A stretch of DNA of 64,000 bases from Sulfolobales archaeon (lineage in GTDB: Archaea; Thermoproteota; Thermoprotei_A; Sulfolobales; AG1): contig JAWBYA010000001.1 of NCBI GenBank assembly GCA_038867615.1, positions 544,001 to 608,000 on the forward strand, in the 5' to 3' direction. Below, piece after piece: positions 1 through 10,783 of the stretch (the first letter of the stretch is position 1; every line of letters starts with the position of its first letter). Position numbers and translations under genes: made by a program. The notes under the pieces were generated by a model. That model saw only the letters and a program-made list of their open reading frames with translations. It was not told where the DNA came from and made no database searches.

Positions 1-257
1 TCGCTTTCAACACCTCTTTTCTTTAAAAAGACAACCTCGTGCCCCCTATGGATCATCTCGTGGGCCAGGTTAGCGATAGAATATATAAGGTAATCCCTAC
101 CTTCACTGCTTACATATTGCAGGGGCGGCACCACCTGGAAGCCATAGCCTTTCTCCATATAGTCTTTCACAACCTCTCTGCATTCTCTCCACTCTATACT
201 GGATAGGAAGAGACTCTTCCTGGATCTCTTGTCATGCTGATATATATCTGTGCTCAT
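1..257 (-). CDS. Hypothetical protein, 5' part only (runs off the left edge)
   Basis: Manual translation: ATG at 257 overlaps the upstream TGA (ATGA coupling); open frame MSTDIYQHDKRSRKSLFLSSIEWRECREVVKDYMEKGYGFQVV... continues to position 1. Confidence 0.65.
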   Translation of the reverse strand, partial: MSTDIYQHDKRSRKSLFLSSIEWRECREVVKDYMEKGYGFQVVPPLQYVSSEGRDYLIYSIANLAHEMIHRGHEVVFLKKRGVES

Positions 258-883
258 TGATCCTTGCCCTCAAAGATCCTGATGGTTTGTTCCAAGGCCT
301 TCTCAGGATTTGAGCTATGTTCAGGAAGTTCTGGAACCCTGTATCGCGGGTATATCAGCGCCGGCGGGATCTCATGCTTACTATATGGTATGCCCATCTC
401 TTCCAACGCCTTCTCCAACTCCTCGATAAACACTCCTCTACCCCTAGCCACGGGTGGTGATAATCCCACGTCGAAGGGCTTTCCTCCCCAGCTGGGATCT
501 GATTGTACGTAGAACACACCGCTTGTTGGGCTTAGGCTGAGGCCCACGATCGCTATTCTATAGCCGTTGTCATGGTACTTCTTAGCGATCTCGGCCGCCG
601 CTTTGGCAAGTTTTCTACAATGAAGTCTATATGGGGCACTATCATAGAGCTCTTTGGTGAACCACCACCTCTTAAGCCCCACAAAAACAGCCTCGGGACA
701 GGGGACCTGCAGGAACTCGTGCTCCTCCTCCATAAGCTTCTCAGCAACAGGTTCTATAGATCCCATGTGGATCGCTATCCCAGGCGCTCTAGTATTCATA
801 TTCAATATGCAGTTCATAAGTATGAAAAGTGTTTTCCCCAACCATGGCACCACAGGATCTATGCGGAACCAATATATATACAT
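254..883 (-). CDS. DUF523 / TudS-related (2-thiouracil desulfidase-like) protein
   Basis: NCILN..., PCPE, GLKRW, SPTSGV and GRGVFIEEL motifs; true start probably a GTG near 850. Confidence 0.7.
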   Translation of the reverse strand: MYIYWFRIDPVVPWLGKTLFILMNCILNMNTRAPGIAIHMGSIEPVAEKLMEEEHEFLQVPCPEAVFVGLKRWWFTKELYDSAPYRLHCRKLAKAAAEIAKKYHDNGYRIAIVGLSLSPTSGVFYVQSDPSWGGKPFDVGLSPPVARGRGVFIEELEKALEEMGIPYSKHEIPPALIYPRYRVPELPEHSSNPEKALEQTIRIFEGKDQ

Positions 884-1246
884 CCACGATCCTGTTAAGA
901 GGCATAAGCTGCTCAGCCAAGCTCGGTGTAATATCTAGCTCATCGCTAGTGATGATACAACCCCTAGGGGTATTTAGAAAACAAAATAAAAAGAGGATCT
1001 AGGGCTGTAGCTATGTCTATTCTATCAGCTATGAACGATAATATCTGTATTTCTATTGGCGAGGTTGATTTTAACCTAGGGCTTCTGTTTGCCTTAACCA
1101 TAGAGCCGAGGCGTTTCGAGCACTAGTGTGGATGGTCGTCTGTTAAGGTTGATCGGTATAGATGGGGTTCGCCTATATATACATTCTCTGCGGATCAAAG
1201 TTCTTAATAAAGATCTTGGCTGTTGTGATATAGATCCATTTAAGGA

Positions 1247-2275
1247 TTACCATGGGAGTGTGTAGTTCTCAAGCCTTCCTGTTAGGGCCATTCTAGCCTC
1301 TGCCGGTGTGAGGACTGGTTTGTGGAAATCGTCTAGATCGTCTGTCGGTATTCTGGGGCATGCTAGGATTACATAGGCATCTATCTCCTGTCTATCCATG
1401 TTTAGGAGAGTCTCTCTGGTTATCACACTTGCTATGATCTCTATAGCTCTTCCGCCCCTCTTCTCTATAAGGCTTCTCAAGTAACCCCTATACCAGGGTC
1501 TGCCCTGCCCCTTGATACCGTCTATCAGGACCCATGTTTTTGCATCCATAGCCTTCTGGATCATGTAGAGCCTCTTCCTAAGGATCTTCTCAACCTCCTG
1601 CGTTAGATCCACGGCTCTCCCCTCATAAGGATCGATCTTTACCAAGGGCTTCCCAGGAATAGCGAGCCCTAGTCCGAGTGCGTGGAAAACGCCCCCAGAG
1701 ATCACTACATAGGCGTCAACCACGCTCCTCACGGAATATGGTTTTGAGTAGTCACACCCAACGATCCCGGGACCCCCGCTGTGGATCAAGACCTCGAAGT
1801 GTTTTGAAAGGATCTCAGCAACCCTGGGGACTTGCCTAGCATGCTGTATGGTTGAGAAGAGGGCAATCCTCTTAACACCCCTCCCACGAAGGATCTCGAT
1901 AGCCTGGTTAACAACCTCCTCAGAGACATCTAGCAAGCTATAGGCTGGGATGAAGAGCGTTCTAAACCCGGGTTTGTAGAACAGATACTCAACATGCCCT
2001 ATATGAACCAAGAGATCAAAACCTCCCTGGAGGGCCTCGGCATCGTCTAGAACACATGCGCCCCACGAGGGCGATGCTGAGAAGACGATCTCAACCCCGC
2101 CTAGTCTTTTCCTAAGCTCCTCGTCTATATATGGGATCAGGGGTTTGAGACCATCGGGCAGCTGGATCAAGATCCTCTTGGCCGAGATCCTCCTAACCTC
2201 CTCGACAATCCTATCGATCTCGAGATCATAGCCTATCTCAACAACATTGCCTGAGACACTAGATCTCACGGGCAT
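1247..2275 (-). CDS. dph2: Diphthamide biosynthesis enzyme Dph2
   Basis: QLPDGLK, WGAC, HIGH, VGCD, GGVFH and ACPRI motifs including the three Fe-S Cys. Confidence 0.93.
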   Translation of the reverse strand: MPVRSSVSGNVVEIGYDLEIDRIVEEVRRISAKRILIQLPDGLKPLIPYIDEELRKRLGGVEIVFSASPSWGACVLDDAEALQGGFDLLVHIGHVEYLFYKPGFRTLFIPAYSLLDVSEEVVNQAIEILRGRGVKRIALFSTIQHARQVPRVAEILSKHFEVLIHSGGPGIVGCDYSKPYSVRSVVDAYVVISGGVFHALGLGLAIPGKPLVKIDPYEGRAVDLTQEVEKILRKRLYMIQKAMDAKTWVLIDGIKGQGRPWYRGYLRSLIEKRGGRAIEIIASVITRETLLNMDRQEIDAYVILACPRIPTDDLDDFHKPVLTPAEARMALTGRLENYTLPW

Positions 2276-2386
2276 CGCCTCACAGGGATCTTTATACTCA
2301 TCGCGGCACCAGTTAATTAACCACTAGGTGGCATTTATCTCGCAACCATGGATCTCTAAATAATAGACTGTATAGATGGATCCGGA

Positions 2387-3391
2387 CTAGGTGTGGGTTC
2401 TAGCATAGAACTGGGAGATCTCTCTCCAGGTCTCCTCATCAAGCTCTATACCCTCTCTAACCCTCTCCCTATATTTTCTCTCCTCAGGCTCTCCTGGGAT
2501 CATGACCTCGCTATGGCCTTTCGCTGGCGGTGTGTTCTTTATAGTTTTTATCAGCATCTCTATTTTTGATAGATATTCCTCTCTATCTAGTAGTCTTGAC
2601 GGGTCGAGGGCTGCTACTATGAATCCCCCCTGCCTCATCGATCCCGCGGGTACTTCTACGCTTAGAATACCGCCCCCAAGGATTCCTGCTAGGATCTCTA
2701 CTACGAGGGATAGTGCGTATCCCTTGTATCCCCCGAAGGGTAGGAGGGCATAGAGCGAATTCGGATCTCTCGTGATCTCTCCCTTCTCATCTATAGCAAC
2801 ACCCTCAGGCAGGATCTCTCTTTTCCTCGAAGCAACTATTGCTTTGAAATGGGCTATAGCGCTTGTAGCCATATCGATCACTATGGGCTCGCCCCTCGTG
2901 GGGAATGATATGCTGAAGGGATTAGTGCCGAAAACAGGTTTAGCCCCTCCCCAAGGGGTTACCATGGGGTTAGCATTGGTTGCTGCAAACCCTATAAACC
3001 CCTCCCTAGCGATCATCGAGGTGTAGTATGCAAGCATACCAACATGCCCTAGGTTGCCGCATCCAAGCACCCCTACCCCGTACTCCCTAGCCCTCTCGAT
3101 AACAAGCATTGTTGCCTTATAGGCTACAGGTATTCCGAGGCAGCTGTTCCCATCAGCCTTAATGAATGCACCGCCATCCCTCAGGATCGATAGATCCCCG
3201 CAGGGCTTCATAAACCCCTTCTCAATAGCATCGAGATAATACCTAACCCTAACTACGCCATGGCTATCGACGCCTCTTAGATTCGCTGTGACAAGGTGAT
3301 CCGCTATGATCGATGCATCCTCACCCCTGAACCCCGCTTTAACAAATATCTCTCTAACCATGCTCCTCAGGGTCTCATGATCTATCCTCAA
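2387..3391 (-). CDS. Ldh_2 family (malate/L-lactate/L-sulfolactate) dehydrogenase
   Basis: ANLRGVDSHG, GHVGML, FGTNP, DMATS, GGYKGY and IPGE motifs. Confidence 0.9.
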   Translation of the reverse strand: MRIDHETLRSMVREIFVKAGFRGEDASIIADHLVTANLRGVDSHGVVRVRYYLDAIEKGFMKPCGDLSILRDGGAFIKADGNSCLGIPVAYKATMLVIERAREYGVGVLGCGNLGHVGMLAYYTSMIAREGFIGFAATNANPMVTPWGGAKPVFGTNPFSISFPTRGEPIVIDMATSAIAHFKAIVASRKREILPEGVAIDEKGEITRDPNSLYALLPFGGYKGYALSLVVEILAGILGGGILSVEVPAGSMRQGGFIVAALDPSRLLDREEYLSKIEMLIKTIKNTPPAKGHSEVMIPGEPEERKYRERVREGIELDEETWREISQFYARTHT

Positions 3392-3692
3392 AGGGGCACC
3401 CGTGATAGTAATAAGGGCGTTCTTAATATAGTTGTAGGATCTATCGGGGTTGTTTATTTAGAGAGTGCTATAATATTTTAAAAGAACCATGCCGCCATGC
3501 CCTATGAGCGGGGTGTTTTCTTCGTCGATGCTACTAGACCGTGGTGGAAAGACTTTTAGGCTATCTGGGGATGATCTCCATCTAGATAGAGCCCAACGCT
3601 ATTAAGCTCAGCAGTATTTGTATATATAATTTGTATATCTAGCGGGATTTCTATCCCTGTCTATTGAAGGGAAATATATTGCCCTAGCCGAA

Positions 3693-4964
3693 ATGTTTGT
3701 GGTGCTCTTGGTGGAGTGGAGGATCAAGGATCCTTCTCTAGCGAAGCAGGGTAAGGTTCAGATTGAGTGGGCTGAGAGGCACATGCCTGTTGTGATGAAG
3801 ATTAGGGAGAGATTCTCTAGAGAGAAACCCCTCTCCGGGATCAGGATATCTGCTGTTCTCCATGTAACTAAAGAGACCGGGGCTTTGGTGAGAACCCTTG
3901 CCTCTGGAGGGGCTGAGGTCTGGCTGGCAGGATCTAATCCTCTCTCGACGCAGGATGATGTTGCTGCAGCCCTCGTTGAGGATGGGATCCATGTTTTTGC
4001 TTGGAGGGGCCAGGGTTCTGATGAGTATTGGTGGTGCATCGATAGAATTATAGAGGCTTCGCCCCACGTGGTTATGGATGACGGTGCTGATCTCCATGCC
4101 AGGCTTCACACGACGAGGAGAGATCTTGCTAGAAAGATCCTTGGTGGGAGTGAGGAGACAACCACAGGTGTTATGAGGCTTAGGGCCATGGAGAAGGAGG
4201 GGGTTCTCCAATACCCCGTGATAGCGGTTAACAACGCTCTAACCAAATACCTCTTCGACAATAGGTACGGGACTGGGCAGTCAACAATAGACGGGATCCT
4301 GAGGGCTACCAACATACTCCTGGCAGGAAAAACCGTGGTTGTTGCTGGCTACGGGTGGGTTGGTAGGGGTATTGCTATGAGGGCTAGGGGTATGGGGGCT
4401 AGGGTTGTTGTGGTTGAGGTCGACCCTATAAGGGCCCTCGAAGCCCTCATGGATGGGTATGAGGTTATGAGCATGTCTAAAGCCGCAGGGATCGGGGATA
4501 TCTTTATAACGGCTACAGGGAATAGGGATGTTATTAGGACTGAGCATTTCGAGCATATGAAGGACGGGGCTTTCCTAGCAAATGCCGGGCACTTCAATGT
4601 AGAGGTCTCTGTAGAGGATCTCGAGAGGATCTCTGCCTCGAAGAGGGTTCTGAGAAACTATGTAACAGAATATACCCTAAAGAATGGTAAGAAGCTATAC
4701 CTACTCGCTGAGGGGAGGCTCGTCAACCTAGTAGCAGCCGAGGGCCACCCAAGCGAGGTTATGGATATGAGCTTCGCAAACCAAGCCCTCTCAGTAGAAT
4801 ACCTGGTTAAGAATAGGGGGAAGCTCGGGCCAAGAGTATATAACGTTCCCCAAGAGATAGACATGGAAGTGGCAAGGCTAAAGCTAGCCTCGCTAGGGAT
4901 AGAGCTCGAGGAGCTTACAGAAGAGCAGAAGAGATACCTAGCACAGTGGGCCGAGGGAACATAG
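3693..4964 (+). CDS. ahcY: Adenosylhomocysteinase
   Basis: [39 protein letters not shown] and GHPSEVMD motifs. Confidence 0.97.
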   Translation: MFVVLLVEWRIKDPSLAKQGKVQIEWAERHMPVVMKIRERFSREKPLSGIRISAVLHVTKETGALVRTLASGGAEVWLAGSNPLSTQDDVAAALVEDGIHVFAWRGQGSDEYWWCIDRIIEASPHVVMDDGADLHARLHTTRRDLARKILGGSEETTTGVMRLRAMEKEGVLQYPVIAVNNALTKYLFDNRYGTGQSTIDGILRATNILLAGKTVVVAGYGWVGRGIAMRARGMGARVVVVEVDPIRALEALMDGYEVMSMSKAAGIGDIFITATGNRDVIRTEHFEHMKDGAFLANAGHFNVEVSVEDLERISASKRVLRNYVTEYTLKNGKKLYLLAEGRLVNLVAAEGHPSEVMDMSFANQALSVEYLVKNRGKLGPRVYNVPQEIDMEVARLKLASLGIELEELTEEQKRYLAQWAEGT

Positions 4965-5036
4965 GATCCCAAAGGATGACGCTTATAAGCGTGGAAAGGG
5001 CTATATACAATCGACCGTAGTGTGCGGTGAATCTCC

Positions 5037-5375
5037 ATGAGCCTCATCTTCTGCCCCCAATGCGGATCACTACTCCAGCCGGTGGGAGCGGGTACCCTCA
5101 AATGCCCCAAATGTGGATATACAAAGAACGTTGAGAATCCCGGGGGCTTGGTCATAACATCGACGAAGATCAAGCACAAATCCAGCGAGAAGATCCTCGT
5201 AATAGAGGATAGCAAGCCAAACACAAACCTACCAAGAACAAGGGATACCAGGTGCCCCAAATGCGGATATGACGAAGCGGAATACTGGTTCCTACAGACG
5301 AGAAGAGCCGACGAACCCCCAACGAGGTTTTATAAATGTGTTAAATGCGGCCATGTGTGGAGAGAATACGAATAG
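5037..5375 (+). CDS. tfs: Transcription factor S (TFS / RpoM family)
   Basis: Two Zn ribbons and the QTRRADEP acidic loop. Confidence 0.93.
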   Translation: MSLIFCPQCGSLLQPVGAGTLKCPKCGYTKNVENPGGLVITSTKIKHKSSEKILVIEDSKPNTNLPRTRDTRCPKCGYDEAEYWFLQTRRADEPPTRFYKCVKCGHVWREYE

Positions 5376-5389
5376 ATCTTCCAAGCCTG

Positions 5390-6100
5390 CTATAGTCTTA
5401 AAAGCCTCCCCAAACCATCGATCCTCTCTCTAATCCCCAACCCTCTGAGAGAAGCCCATAGCGATGCCTGGTTGCTTGTGACAACAGGGATCCCTAGGTC
5501 TTTTTCCAGAGGCTCTATAACCTCGAATGTTCTTAGATTAGTGCAGCTTATGAAGAGACCCTCGGCTCCCTCTCTATATAGGGATCTTGCGAATCTATAT
5601 ACCTCGTAGGGAGAGATCCTGCCTATATCTGTGTTTCTCCTAACCCCCATACCCTTGATCAACAGCACCTCCAGACCATGGGCCTCGAGAAACCTCCTCT
5701 CAGCATAGTTGATCTCATCTATATATGGTGTTGCAACCACAACCCTCTTCACACCCAGAACCTCTAGAGCCTCGATGACAGCTGTTGCTGTAGCTACTAC
5801 AGGCTTGCCAGTAGCCTCGTAGATCTTGCCCGCGATAGCCTTATCAAACCCGGGGCCTCCCACCAGGCTTCCGCTTGTGCATCCATAGAGTATTAGATCA
5901 ACATCCGCGTCTACAAGCTCTTGCGAGGCTCTCAGCGAGTGTTTCTCCATCTCTAAGAGCGACTCTATGGTAACCTCTCTGAGAGGGATCCTGGATGTAT
6001 GTATCGATACTCCCTGCGGGATTGCTCTATATAGCTCTGGCTCCATGGTGGTGTTCGAAGAAGGTACTATGAGCCCTATTCTCGCCCTCCACCCGTGCAT
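5390..6100 (-). CDS. Maleate cis-trans isomerase / Asp-Glu racemase family protein
   Basis: IGLIVPSSN, YGCTSGS, ATPY, ISCTNL and VTSNQA motifs; both catalytic Cys present. Confidence 0.88.
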   Translation of the reverse strand: MHGWRARIGLIVPSSNTTMEPELYRAIPQGVSIHTSRIPLREVTIESLLEMEKHSLRASQELVDADVDLILYGCTSGSLVGGPGFDKAIAGKIYEATGKPVVATATAVIEALEVLGVKRVVVATPYIDEINYAERRFLEAHGLEVLLIKGMGVRRNTDIGRISPYEVYRFARSLYREGAEGLFISCTNLRTFEVIEPLEKDLGIPVVTSNQASLWASLRGLGIRERIDGLGRLLRL

Positions 6101-6162
6101 AATACTCCCAATAACATTATATAACTATAAAGTATATATAAACCCCCTAATACTAAAGGTTA

Positions 6163-7464
6163 TTGGCGATTTGTATGAGAGGCATAGCTAGAACAGTAAT
6201 GTTAGTATTGTTAATAGTGATCATAGTGGTTGCTGGGGCAGCATCCTATATGCTGCTAACACCCAAGCAGACCCCCAGAGTGGCTGAGGTTAAGGTGGGT
6301 ATAGTGCAGCCGCTCTCAGGATCCCTGAGCACTATTGGGAAGTATAACCTGTGGGGAGCCCAGTTCGCCGCAGAAGAGATCAACTCCAGAGGAGGTATCA
6401 AAAGCCTTGGGGGAGCCAATATAACGCTTGTGGTGGGGGATAGCGCTGGGGATCCCTCAACAGCTGCTAGAGAGACCGAGAGGCTTATAAGTGTTGAGAA
6501 CGTGGTCGCGGTTATAGGGGCTTATGCTAGCTCGAACACAAAGACCGTGAGCGAGGTTTGTGAGAGGCTCCAGACCCCGTGTCTCAATGGCGACTCGACA
6601 TCGCCTCTCCTGACTAGGAGGGGGCTTCAATGGTTCTTCAGAACCACCGGGGATGATGATCTGTTCTCCAAACAGCATGCAGAGTTCCTCAAATACCTCA
6701 ACACCGTTAAGCCAGGATCGATAAGCACTGTAGCTATACTCTATGAGGATACAGAGTTTGGAACAGCTACTGCAGAGGCTTGGAGGAAATATATGGCAGA
6801 GACAGGCTTCAGAGTAGTTGAGAGCATATCTTTTAGAACCGGGACACCCACGCTCGATACAGAGATCACTAGGCTTAAGGCAGCCAACCCCGACGTGCTC
6901 TTAGTAGCTGGGTATCTATCCGATGCTATACTTATTCAGAGAACCCTCAAGAGACTTGACTTCAACCCCAAGGTAGTGCTTGCACAGGATGCTGGGTATA
7001 TAAACCCAGCCTATATAAAGGAGGTAGGGCCTCTCGGATACTATGTCCTTAGCAGAGAGGTGTTCAACTGGGATCTCTTTGAAAAAGTACCGGCTCTCAA
7101 GGATGTTAACGAGAGATTCAAGGCTAAGTATGGAATAGATATGGATGGCAGCATAGTGAGGAACTATGTTGCTGTGTGGGTTCTCTACTACGCCTTAGAG
7201 GAGGCTGGGAAGAAGGCCAGCCCCTCGGATCTTGGGGCCTTTAGATCCGCCCTCAGGGATGCCTTGAGAGGCCTTGATATAGGTAAGGGTGTGCTCCCAG
7301 TCCCCTGGGATGGTGTTAAGTTTGACAGTACTGGTCAGAACATAAAGGCTGGGGGGATAATTGTCCAGATGTTCCCCGATGGTAAGTATTACACGGTATG
7401 GCCTAGGGAGTACGCGACGAGAGATCCTATATTCCCGATGCCCAAGTGGTCTGAGAGATCCTAG
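6163..7464 (+). CDS. Branched-chain amino acid-type ABC transporter substrate-binding protein
   Basis: N-terminal TM anchor, PLSG, EEINSRGGI and type I periplasmic-binding fold motifs; first gene of a liv-type operon. Confidence 0.88.
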   Translation: MAICMRGIARTVMLVLLIVIIVVAGAASYMLLTPKQTPRVAEVKVGIVQPLSGSLSTIGKYNLWGAQFAAEEINSRGGIKSLGGANITLVVGDSAGDPSTAARETERLISVENVVAVIGAYASSNTKTVSEVCERLQTPCLNGDSTSPLLTRRGLQWFFRTTGDDDLFSKQHAEFLKYLNTVKPGSISTVAILYEDTEFGTATAEAWRKYMAETGFRVVESISFRTGTPTLDTEITRLKAANPDVLLVAGYLSDAILIQRTLKRLDFNPKVVLAQDAGYINPAYIKEVGPLGYYVLSREVFNWDLFEKVPALKDVNERFKAKYGIDMDGSIVRNYVAVWVLYYALEEAGKKASPSDLGAFRSALRDALRGLDIGKGVLPVPWDGVKFDSTGQNIKAGGIIVQMFPDGKYYTVWPREYATRDPIFPMPKWSERS

Positions 7465-7478
7465 GACGGGGTGGTTTT

Positions 7479-8351
7479 TTGTCAACACCCTCTGAATCTA
7501 TCATAGCCCAGGTTATAGTTGACGGGATCCTTACTGGCAGCTTATATGCTCTCATAGCTATAGGGCTGGCGATGATCTGGGGTATTGTTGAGGTTATAAA
7601 CTTCGCCCACGGCGAGTTCCTCATGATCTCGGCTTTTCTAGCATATTTCCTCTACATATATCTAGGCGTGGATCCTCTCCTCTCAATACCCCTAGCCTTC
7701 GCAACATCATTTATGCTCGGCTATGCTGTTCAGAAAGGGATTATAAACAGAATACTCGAGGCTCCCTTCCTTTCACAGATATTCGCAACATTCGCCCTCG
7801 TCCTCATAATGAGGAACGGCTTTTTCGTAGCCCTCGGCCCCGATATAAGGTCTGTGCATGTCTGGTACTCAGAAGCCGTTCTGGATCTCTTTGGCATTAG
7901 GGTGAGCGTTGTGAAGCTACTGGCAGCCTTTATCTTCATAGCAGCAACTATATTTCTCCACATGTTTCTCACAAGAACATATCTTGGTACCGCGATGAGG
8001 GCTATCTCTCAGGATAGGGTTGCGGCAGCCCTCATGGGTGTTGATGTTAAGAAGGTATATGCTATAGCCTTTGGTATTGGTGCTGGGCTGGCTGGTATTG
8101 GTGGTGCTCTCCTAGTGTCTTTCTACTATATATTCCCCGAGATGGGGATACCTTTCACGCTGATAGCATTCATCTCGGTAGTCCTAGGGGGTTTTGGAAA
8201 CATATTGGGGCCTGCTATTGGTGCTATTATAATAGGCTTGACACAATCCATTGGAGCAATAGCCATAGACCCCAGTATGAAGGATATCCTGGTATATCTA
8301 TTATTCCTAGCCATACTCCTCATAAAACCCACAGGGATTATCTCTAGGTGA
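7479..8351 (+). CDS. livH: Branched-chain amino acid ABC transporter permease (LivH-like)
   Basis: GSLYALIAIGL, INFAHGE, GTAMRA and VVLGGFG motifs. Confidence 0.88.
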   Translation: MSTPSESIIAQVIVDGILTGSLYALIAIGLAMIWGIVEVINFAHGEFLMISAFLAYFLYIYLGVDPLLSIPLAFATSFMLGYAVQKGIINRILEAPFLSQIFATFALVLIMRNGFFVALGPDIRSVHVWYSEAVLDLFGIRVSVVKLLAAFIFIAATIFLHMFLTRTYLGTAMRAISQDRVAAALMGVDVKKVYAIAFGIGAGLAGIGGALLVSFYYIFPEMGIPFTLIAFISVVLGGFGNILGPAIGAIIIGLTQSIGAIAIDPSMKDILVYLLFLAILLIKPTGIISR

Positions 8352-8357
8352 TGAGAT

Positions 8358-9332
8358 ATGAGGAGAGGCTCTCCCAACCTCGACCTATGGGTTGTTGTGG
8401 TTGCTATAGCAGCTCTAGCCCTGCTACCGATTCTCTATAATAACTATTTCTTCATAAACGCCCTTTTCCTAGCATCTATATATATGATCGCATCCACAGC
8501 GTGGAACATAATGGGGGGCTATGCAGGTCTCGTGAGCTTCGGGCACGCTGCCTTCTTCGGGATAGGCGCCTATACCCTAGCACTCACATACAACGCAGGA
8601 CTCGTACCATGGCTGGGATTACCTGTGGCTGGGTTTGTCTCAGCTCTATTCGCACTAGCAATAGCCCCTCCCCTGCTGAGGCTAAAGGGGCACTGGTTTG
8701 CTCTGGCAACAATAGCTGTTAGCGAGGCTCTCAAGCTGTTTTTCAATAACTGGGCATATGTTGGGGGTGCGAGGGGTATCGAGCTTGCTAGGAGGGAGTA
8801 TTCGTTAGAATGGATCTATTTTGTTGGGCCTATCAACTATAACTATATAGCCCTAGCTATAACAGCGATCAGCATGGTATCAATGATGATTATTATGAGG
8901 AGCAGGGTTGGCTATTATCTCCAGAGCGTAAGGGAGAGTGAAGAGACGGCTATGTCTGTGGGGATAGATCCCTTCAGGTATAAGGCTATAGCTATGTTTG
9001 TGAGCGCCTTCTTCACAGGGGTTGCGGGGGCTCTCTATGCTCTTAGATATAGGTATGTAGATCCCTTCAGCACTATGGATCTATTCATATCGGTCCAGAT
9101 ATGCCTTATAGCAATAATAGGGGGTGTGTACAGCTTTGCAGGACCATTAATAGGAGCCCTAGCCATAGTCCCGGCGGCAGAGTATCTGAGGGCGATCATT
9201 GGTGGGGCTTATGGTGCTAGGTTCTTCGGCATACATCTACTGATCTACGGCATAGTGCTCCTAGCACTATCACTATACGCTCCTGGAGGCATTATGGAGG
9301 CTATTAAGAAGAGAGTGGGTGGGAGGGTATGA
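8358..9332 (+). CDS. livM: Branched-chain amino acid ABC transporter permease (LivM-like)
   Basis: WNIMGGYAGLVSFGHAAFFGIGAY and LRLKGHWFALAT motifs. Confidence 0.88.
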   Translation: MRRGSPNLDLWVVVVAIAALALLPILYNNYFFINALFLASIYMIASTAWNIMGGYAGLVSFGHAAFFGIGAYTLALTYNAGLVPWLGLPVAGFVSALFALAIAPPLLRLKGHWFALATIAVSEALKLFFNNWAYVGGARGIELARREYSLEWIYFVGPINYNYIALAITAISMVSMMIIMRSRVGYYLQSVRESEETAMSVGIDPFRYKAIAMFVSAFFTGVAGALYALRYRYVDPFSTMDLFISVQICLIAIIGGVYSFAGPLIGALAIVPAAEYLRAIIGGAYGARFFGIHLLIYGIVLLALSLYAPGGIMEAIKKRVGGRV

Positions 9333-10060
9333 AACCAATACTCGAGGTTAGGGGTGTTAGCAAGAGGTTCAAGGGCGTTGTTGCTCTAAATAACGTGAGC
9401 TTCGAGGTCTATGAGGGAGAGTTTGTGGGCATAATAGGTCCAAACGGCTCTGGAAAAACAACACTCTTTAACATAATATCAGGTTTTATAAAGCCCGATA
9501 GCGGCAGGATCATATACAGGGGTATGGATATAACGGGACGCCCACCCCATATGATAGCCAGACTGGGGGTGGCTAGGACATTCCAGATCATGAGGCCCCT
9601 CGAAGCCCTATCTGTTCTGGATAACGTTATAGTAGCAGCACTTCCTAGAAGCAGGGGTGTGGGGGAGGCTCGGAGGAGGGCTGAGGAGGTGTTGGAGCTT
9701 GTAGAGCTGGGGGATAAGATGGGTCTTGCCGCAAGGGATCTGAACTCGTCTGAGAAGAGGAGGCTTGAGCTGGCTAGAGCCTTGGCTGGGGATCCAAGGC
9801 TCTTGCTACTCGATGAGGTTCTTGCTGGCCTCAATGCTTCTGAGATCGATAGATCTCTCGATATACTGAGAAAGATCCATGGCTCTGGTGTAACGATACT
9901 GATGGTGGAGCATGTTATGAGGGCTGTTATGAGGGTTTCTAAGAGGATAGTGGTTCTTAACTATGGCAACAAGATAGCTGAGGGAGCTCCGGAGGAGGTC
10001 TCGAAGGATCCAAGGGTTATTGAGGCCTATTTAGGTAAGCCCGGCTCTATATCCTACTAG
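9329..10060 (+). CDS. livG: ABC transporter ATP-binding protein (LivG-like)
   Basis: GPNGSGKTT, ARTFQ, LLLDE and VIEAYLG motifs. Confidence 0.9.
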   Translation: MKPILEVRGVSKRFKGVVALNNVSFEVYEGEFVGIIGPNGSGKTTLFNIISGFIKPDSGRIIYRGMDITGRPPHMIARLGVARTFQIMRPLEALSVLDNVIVAALPRSRGVGEARRRAEEVLELVELGDKMGLAARDLNSSEKRRLELARALAGDPRLLLLDEVLAGLNASEIDRSLDILRKIHGSGVTILMVEHVMRAVMRVSKRIVVLNYGNKIAEGAPEEVSKDPRVIEAYLGKPGSISY

Positions 10061-10783
10061 GTGGTGCATATGCCAAGCCTCTATGTAAGGTCGCTTGATG
10101 TTTTCTACGAGAAAGCCCATATTCTCAAAGGCGTAAGCATAGATGTTACTGAGGGCTCTATAACAGCCCTTATAGGGCCTAATGGTTCTGGGAAGACAAC
10201 CCTTTTGAAAACGATCTCAGGCCTTGTTAAGCCGGTGAGGGGGTCTATAGTCTATGATGATGTAGAGCTGGTGGGGAGAGAGCCCCACGAGATAGTCGAG
10301 ATCGGGATAATCCATGTTCCCGAGGGTAGAAGGCTCTTTCCCTACCTATCGGTTTACGAGAACCTCAAGCTCGGATCGTATAGCAGAAGGGCTAGGGGGA
10401 GGTTTAGAGAGAACCTAGAGAAAGTATTATCCATATTCCCACTGCTTAAAGACAGACTATGGCAGAAGGCGGGAACACTGAGCGGGGGTGAGCAGCAGAT
10501 GCTGGCTATAGCGAGGGCCTTGATGGCAGAGCCCAAGGTTCTATTGATAGATGAGCCAAGCCTAGGGTTAGCGCCAAAGATAGTAGATCTTGTTTATAAA
10601 CACATAGAGGAGCTCAGATCTAGGGAGAAGATCACAATGCTCATAGCCGAGCAGAACGCTATGAAAGCCTTCGAGGTCTCTGACCACGTCTATGTACTCG
10701 AGATAGGCAGGGTGATAAAATCCGGAAAACCCTCAGAACTAGCAGAAGATGAGGAGGTTAAAAAAGCATACCTAGGGATATAG
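10061..10783 (+). CDS. livF: ABC transporter ATP-binding protein (LivF-like)
   Basis: GPNGSGKTT, VPEGRRLF, LSGGEQQM and DEPSLGLAP motifs. Confidence 0.9.
   Translation: MVHMPSLYVRSLDVFYEKAHILKGVSIDVTEGSITALIGPNGSGKTTLLKTISGLVKPVRGSIVYDDVELVGREPHEIVEIGIIHVPEGRRLFPYLSVYENLKLGSYSRRARGRFRENLEKVLSIFPLLKDRLWQKAGTLSGGEQQMLAIARALMAEPKVLLIDEPSLGLAPKIVDLVYKHIEELRSREKITMLIAEQNAMKAFEVSDHVYVLEIGRVIKSGKPSELAEDEEVKKAYLGI

Noticed and set aside
4658-5260. 200 aa minus-strand ORF, and similar antisense ORFs such as 27006-27602, 3738-4211 and 14154-14582
   Set aside because: Antisense to well-supported genes, with no recognisable motifs
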